A stretch of 62,562 nucleotides of DNA, counting the filler, from Chiloscyllium plagiosum (Eukaryota): assembly GCF_004010195.1 (NCBI RefSeq). It is 4 parts of one record of this genome, joined end to end, with 100 filler letters (N's around TTAATTAATTAA, not from the genome) between each part and the next. Parts side by side here need not be neighbours in the genome. Positions count along the whole stretch, not along the records: positions 59,515 to 62,562 come from NC_057713.1; 3 more parts are not named here. One strand, 5' to 3'. Of the stretch, positions 60,816 through 62,562 are shown one piece after another. Both the position numbers and the translations under genes were made by a program. Numbering within the stretch: the first letter of the stretch is position 1; each line of letters starts with the position of its first letter. The notes beneath the pieces are model-generated. The model was given only the letters and a program-made list of their open reading frames with translations, ran no database searches and was not told the origin of the DNA.

Positions 60816-62277
60816 GCTTGACAGATTTAGATTTTATTGACATGTGTACTCAAGTACAGAAGTACACGAGTACAGCAAAAAGTGTATACTGTTGTCACAC
60901 ACGGTGTAGGTACAAAAAAATGTAGGTACAAAATAGTAAGAGAAACAGAGTGAAAAAGTTCAAAATTACCTTTATAGAATAATTAGAAAAAGAAAGAATT
61001 AAGGTACACTTTCATCTGAACAGCAATAGTGTGGTATCTGTAAAGTTATTTCTGATGCAGTGATGGTGCAGTGCATCTCAGAGACCTAGTGACAGCATTA
61101 AAATTCCATGTCACTTAACATCTAACTGTAGTCAACGTTGAATCATGGCATCAATAAATTAAATGTGCATTATACTAACTTTCAGCCCCATTTTCAACAC
61201 AAGCTCATATCTTTGCTCTCCCACATCTGCACTGACAGAGAGCACATGGTAAAGGAAGACGCCAAGGAATCCTCAAAAGAAGGCAGTGCTGGGGGGTGGT
61301 TTGCCTCCTCCAAACCACAGGCACTCGCCTCCTGTTGTGTTCAGCATCATAGACAGATAAGGCAGCACGTGGTGACATGGGCATCATGCAGATAGTCCCG
61401 ATTGGAAGGTGGAGAACTCACCAAACTGTGCTCACACAGATCTAGCTACTGAGTCTTAGGGTTATTTCCAAAGCTGATGCTTGCAGAGCAGCAATAGGAA
61501 ATGTGTGGGCATGCAGCAGTCAGAATTTCTAAAGGCAGCATGCAACTGTATAATAAAATCAGGAAGTGATGGAAATACTCAGCAGGTCTGGCAGCAACAG
61601 AGACTCTGAAGAAGACACAGATTAAATTAACTGTTTTTTTCTCTTCACAGATGCTGTCGGACCTATTGTAGTTCAGATTTCCAACATTTTCACTATTTTG
61701 CTTTAATGGAACTGTATTAGTCTGGAAAGAGGGATAATGCTGAGGTTTGCATTAACAGAGCCCAGTAACATGACATGGGCTTGGATGAGGCAACAGTTTT
61801 GGATCTCAAAGGAGTAAGACCTACCATTGAGACCAACAGTTCTTGAATCAGCAAGATTTAATAGAAAAATCCAGCTTCTGGCAAATCCATACATAATTTT
61901 GATAATACCCTAGACAGATTACTGAGGAAATGTGACCATAGAGCTCTAAAGTAAGAATTCATAAGACGAGTGATGTTAAATTTTCTTTTGCGTCTTTGTT
62001 GGATTTATTACAGTAAAAATATTTTAATGTGAGGAGATCAAACAGATCATAGATGATCCCCAGAATCCATCTCATTCTTGAGTTGCAAAACCCAAAAGAT
62101 GCACATCAGAAAGCAATACAGAAAAAAAGTCAGACATTGGTTACTGTCAGTGCTGTGAAGCAAGGAAACCTCAAAGCACAAGCAGTGTTCTGTAACAGTG
62201 ATAGAATGCTTTATATGAAACAATGGGTAACTTCCAGTAAATATGCAGAGTAGGACACTGTCAGAGAGTATCTTTAA

Positions 62278-62562
62278 CATAGACATAGACATAGAACAAT
62301 ACAGCACAGAACAGGCCCTTCGGCCCACGATGTTGTGCCGAACATTTGTCCTAGTTTAAGAACCTATCCATGTACCTATCCAATTGCCACTTAAAGTTCG
62401 CCAATGATTCTGACTCTGCCACTCCCACAGGCAGCGCATTCCATGCCCCCACCACTCTCTGGGTAAAGAACCTACCCCTGACATCTCCCCTATACCTTCC
62501 ACCCTTCACCGTAAATTTATGTCCCCTTGTAACACTCTATTGTACCCGGGGAAAAAGTTTCT
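62278..62562 (-). mobile_element. Young CR1 3' end, runs off the window
   Basis: RGRFFTQRVVGAWNALP; tail (CTATGT)n. Confidence 0.9.

Overview
Repeat-rich vertebrate genomic DNA, almost certainly from a shark (HE1-type SINEs, CR1-clade LINEs, Penelope elements). The window is not contiguous. Three identical 100-bp spacers (44 N + TTAATTAATTAA + 44 N) split it into four pieces. Piece 1 (1-25230) holds the last five coding exons and 3' UTR of RNF19A (- strand), plus a deleted class I endogenous retrovirus with gag, RNase H, integrase and env relics, a polypurine tract and a 3' LTR. Piece 2 (25331-52157) is mostly a long intron ending in one GRHL2 exon (+). It also holds a second, unrelated ERV (5' LTR, tRNA-Ser PBS, gag broken by a CR1). 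Piece 3 (52258-59414) holds one ATP9-family flippase exon (-). Piece 4 (59515-62562) has no recognised gene. The most notable non-obvious signals are: minimal hammerhead-ribozyme motifs in about three Penelope-associated repeat families (one core intact, at 46879-46918); the two shark ERVs; a possible intron in a CR1 5' UTR; and an unexplained, well-bounded 84-nt exon-like unit antisense to GRHL2. I found no convincing intact novel protein-coding system. All identifications come from remembered motifs, no database was searched, and repeat boundaries are approximate.
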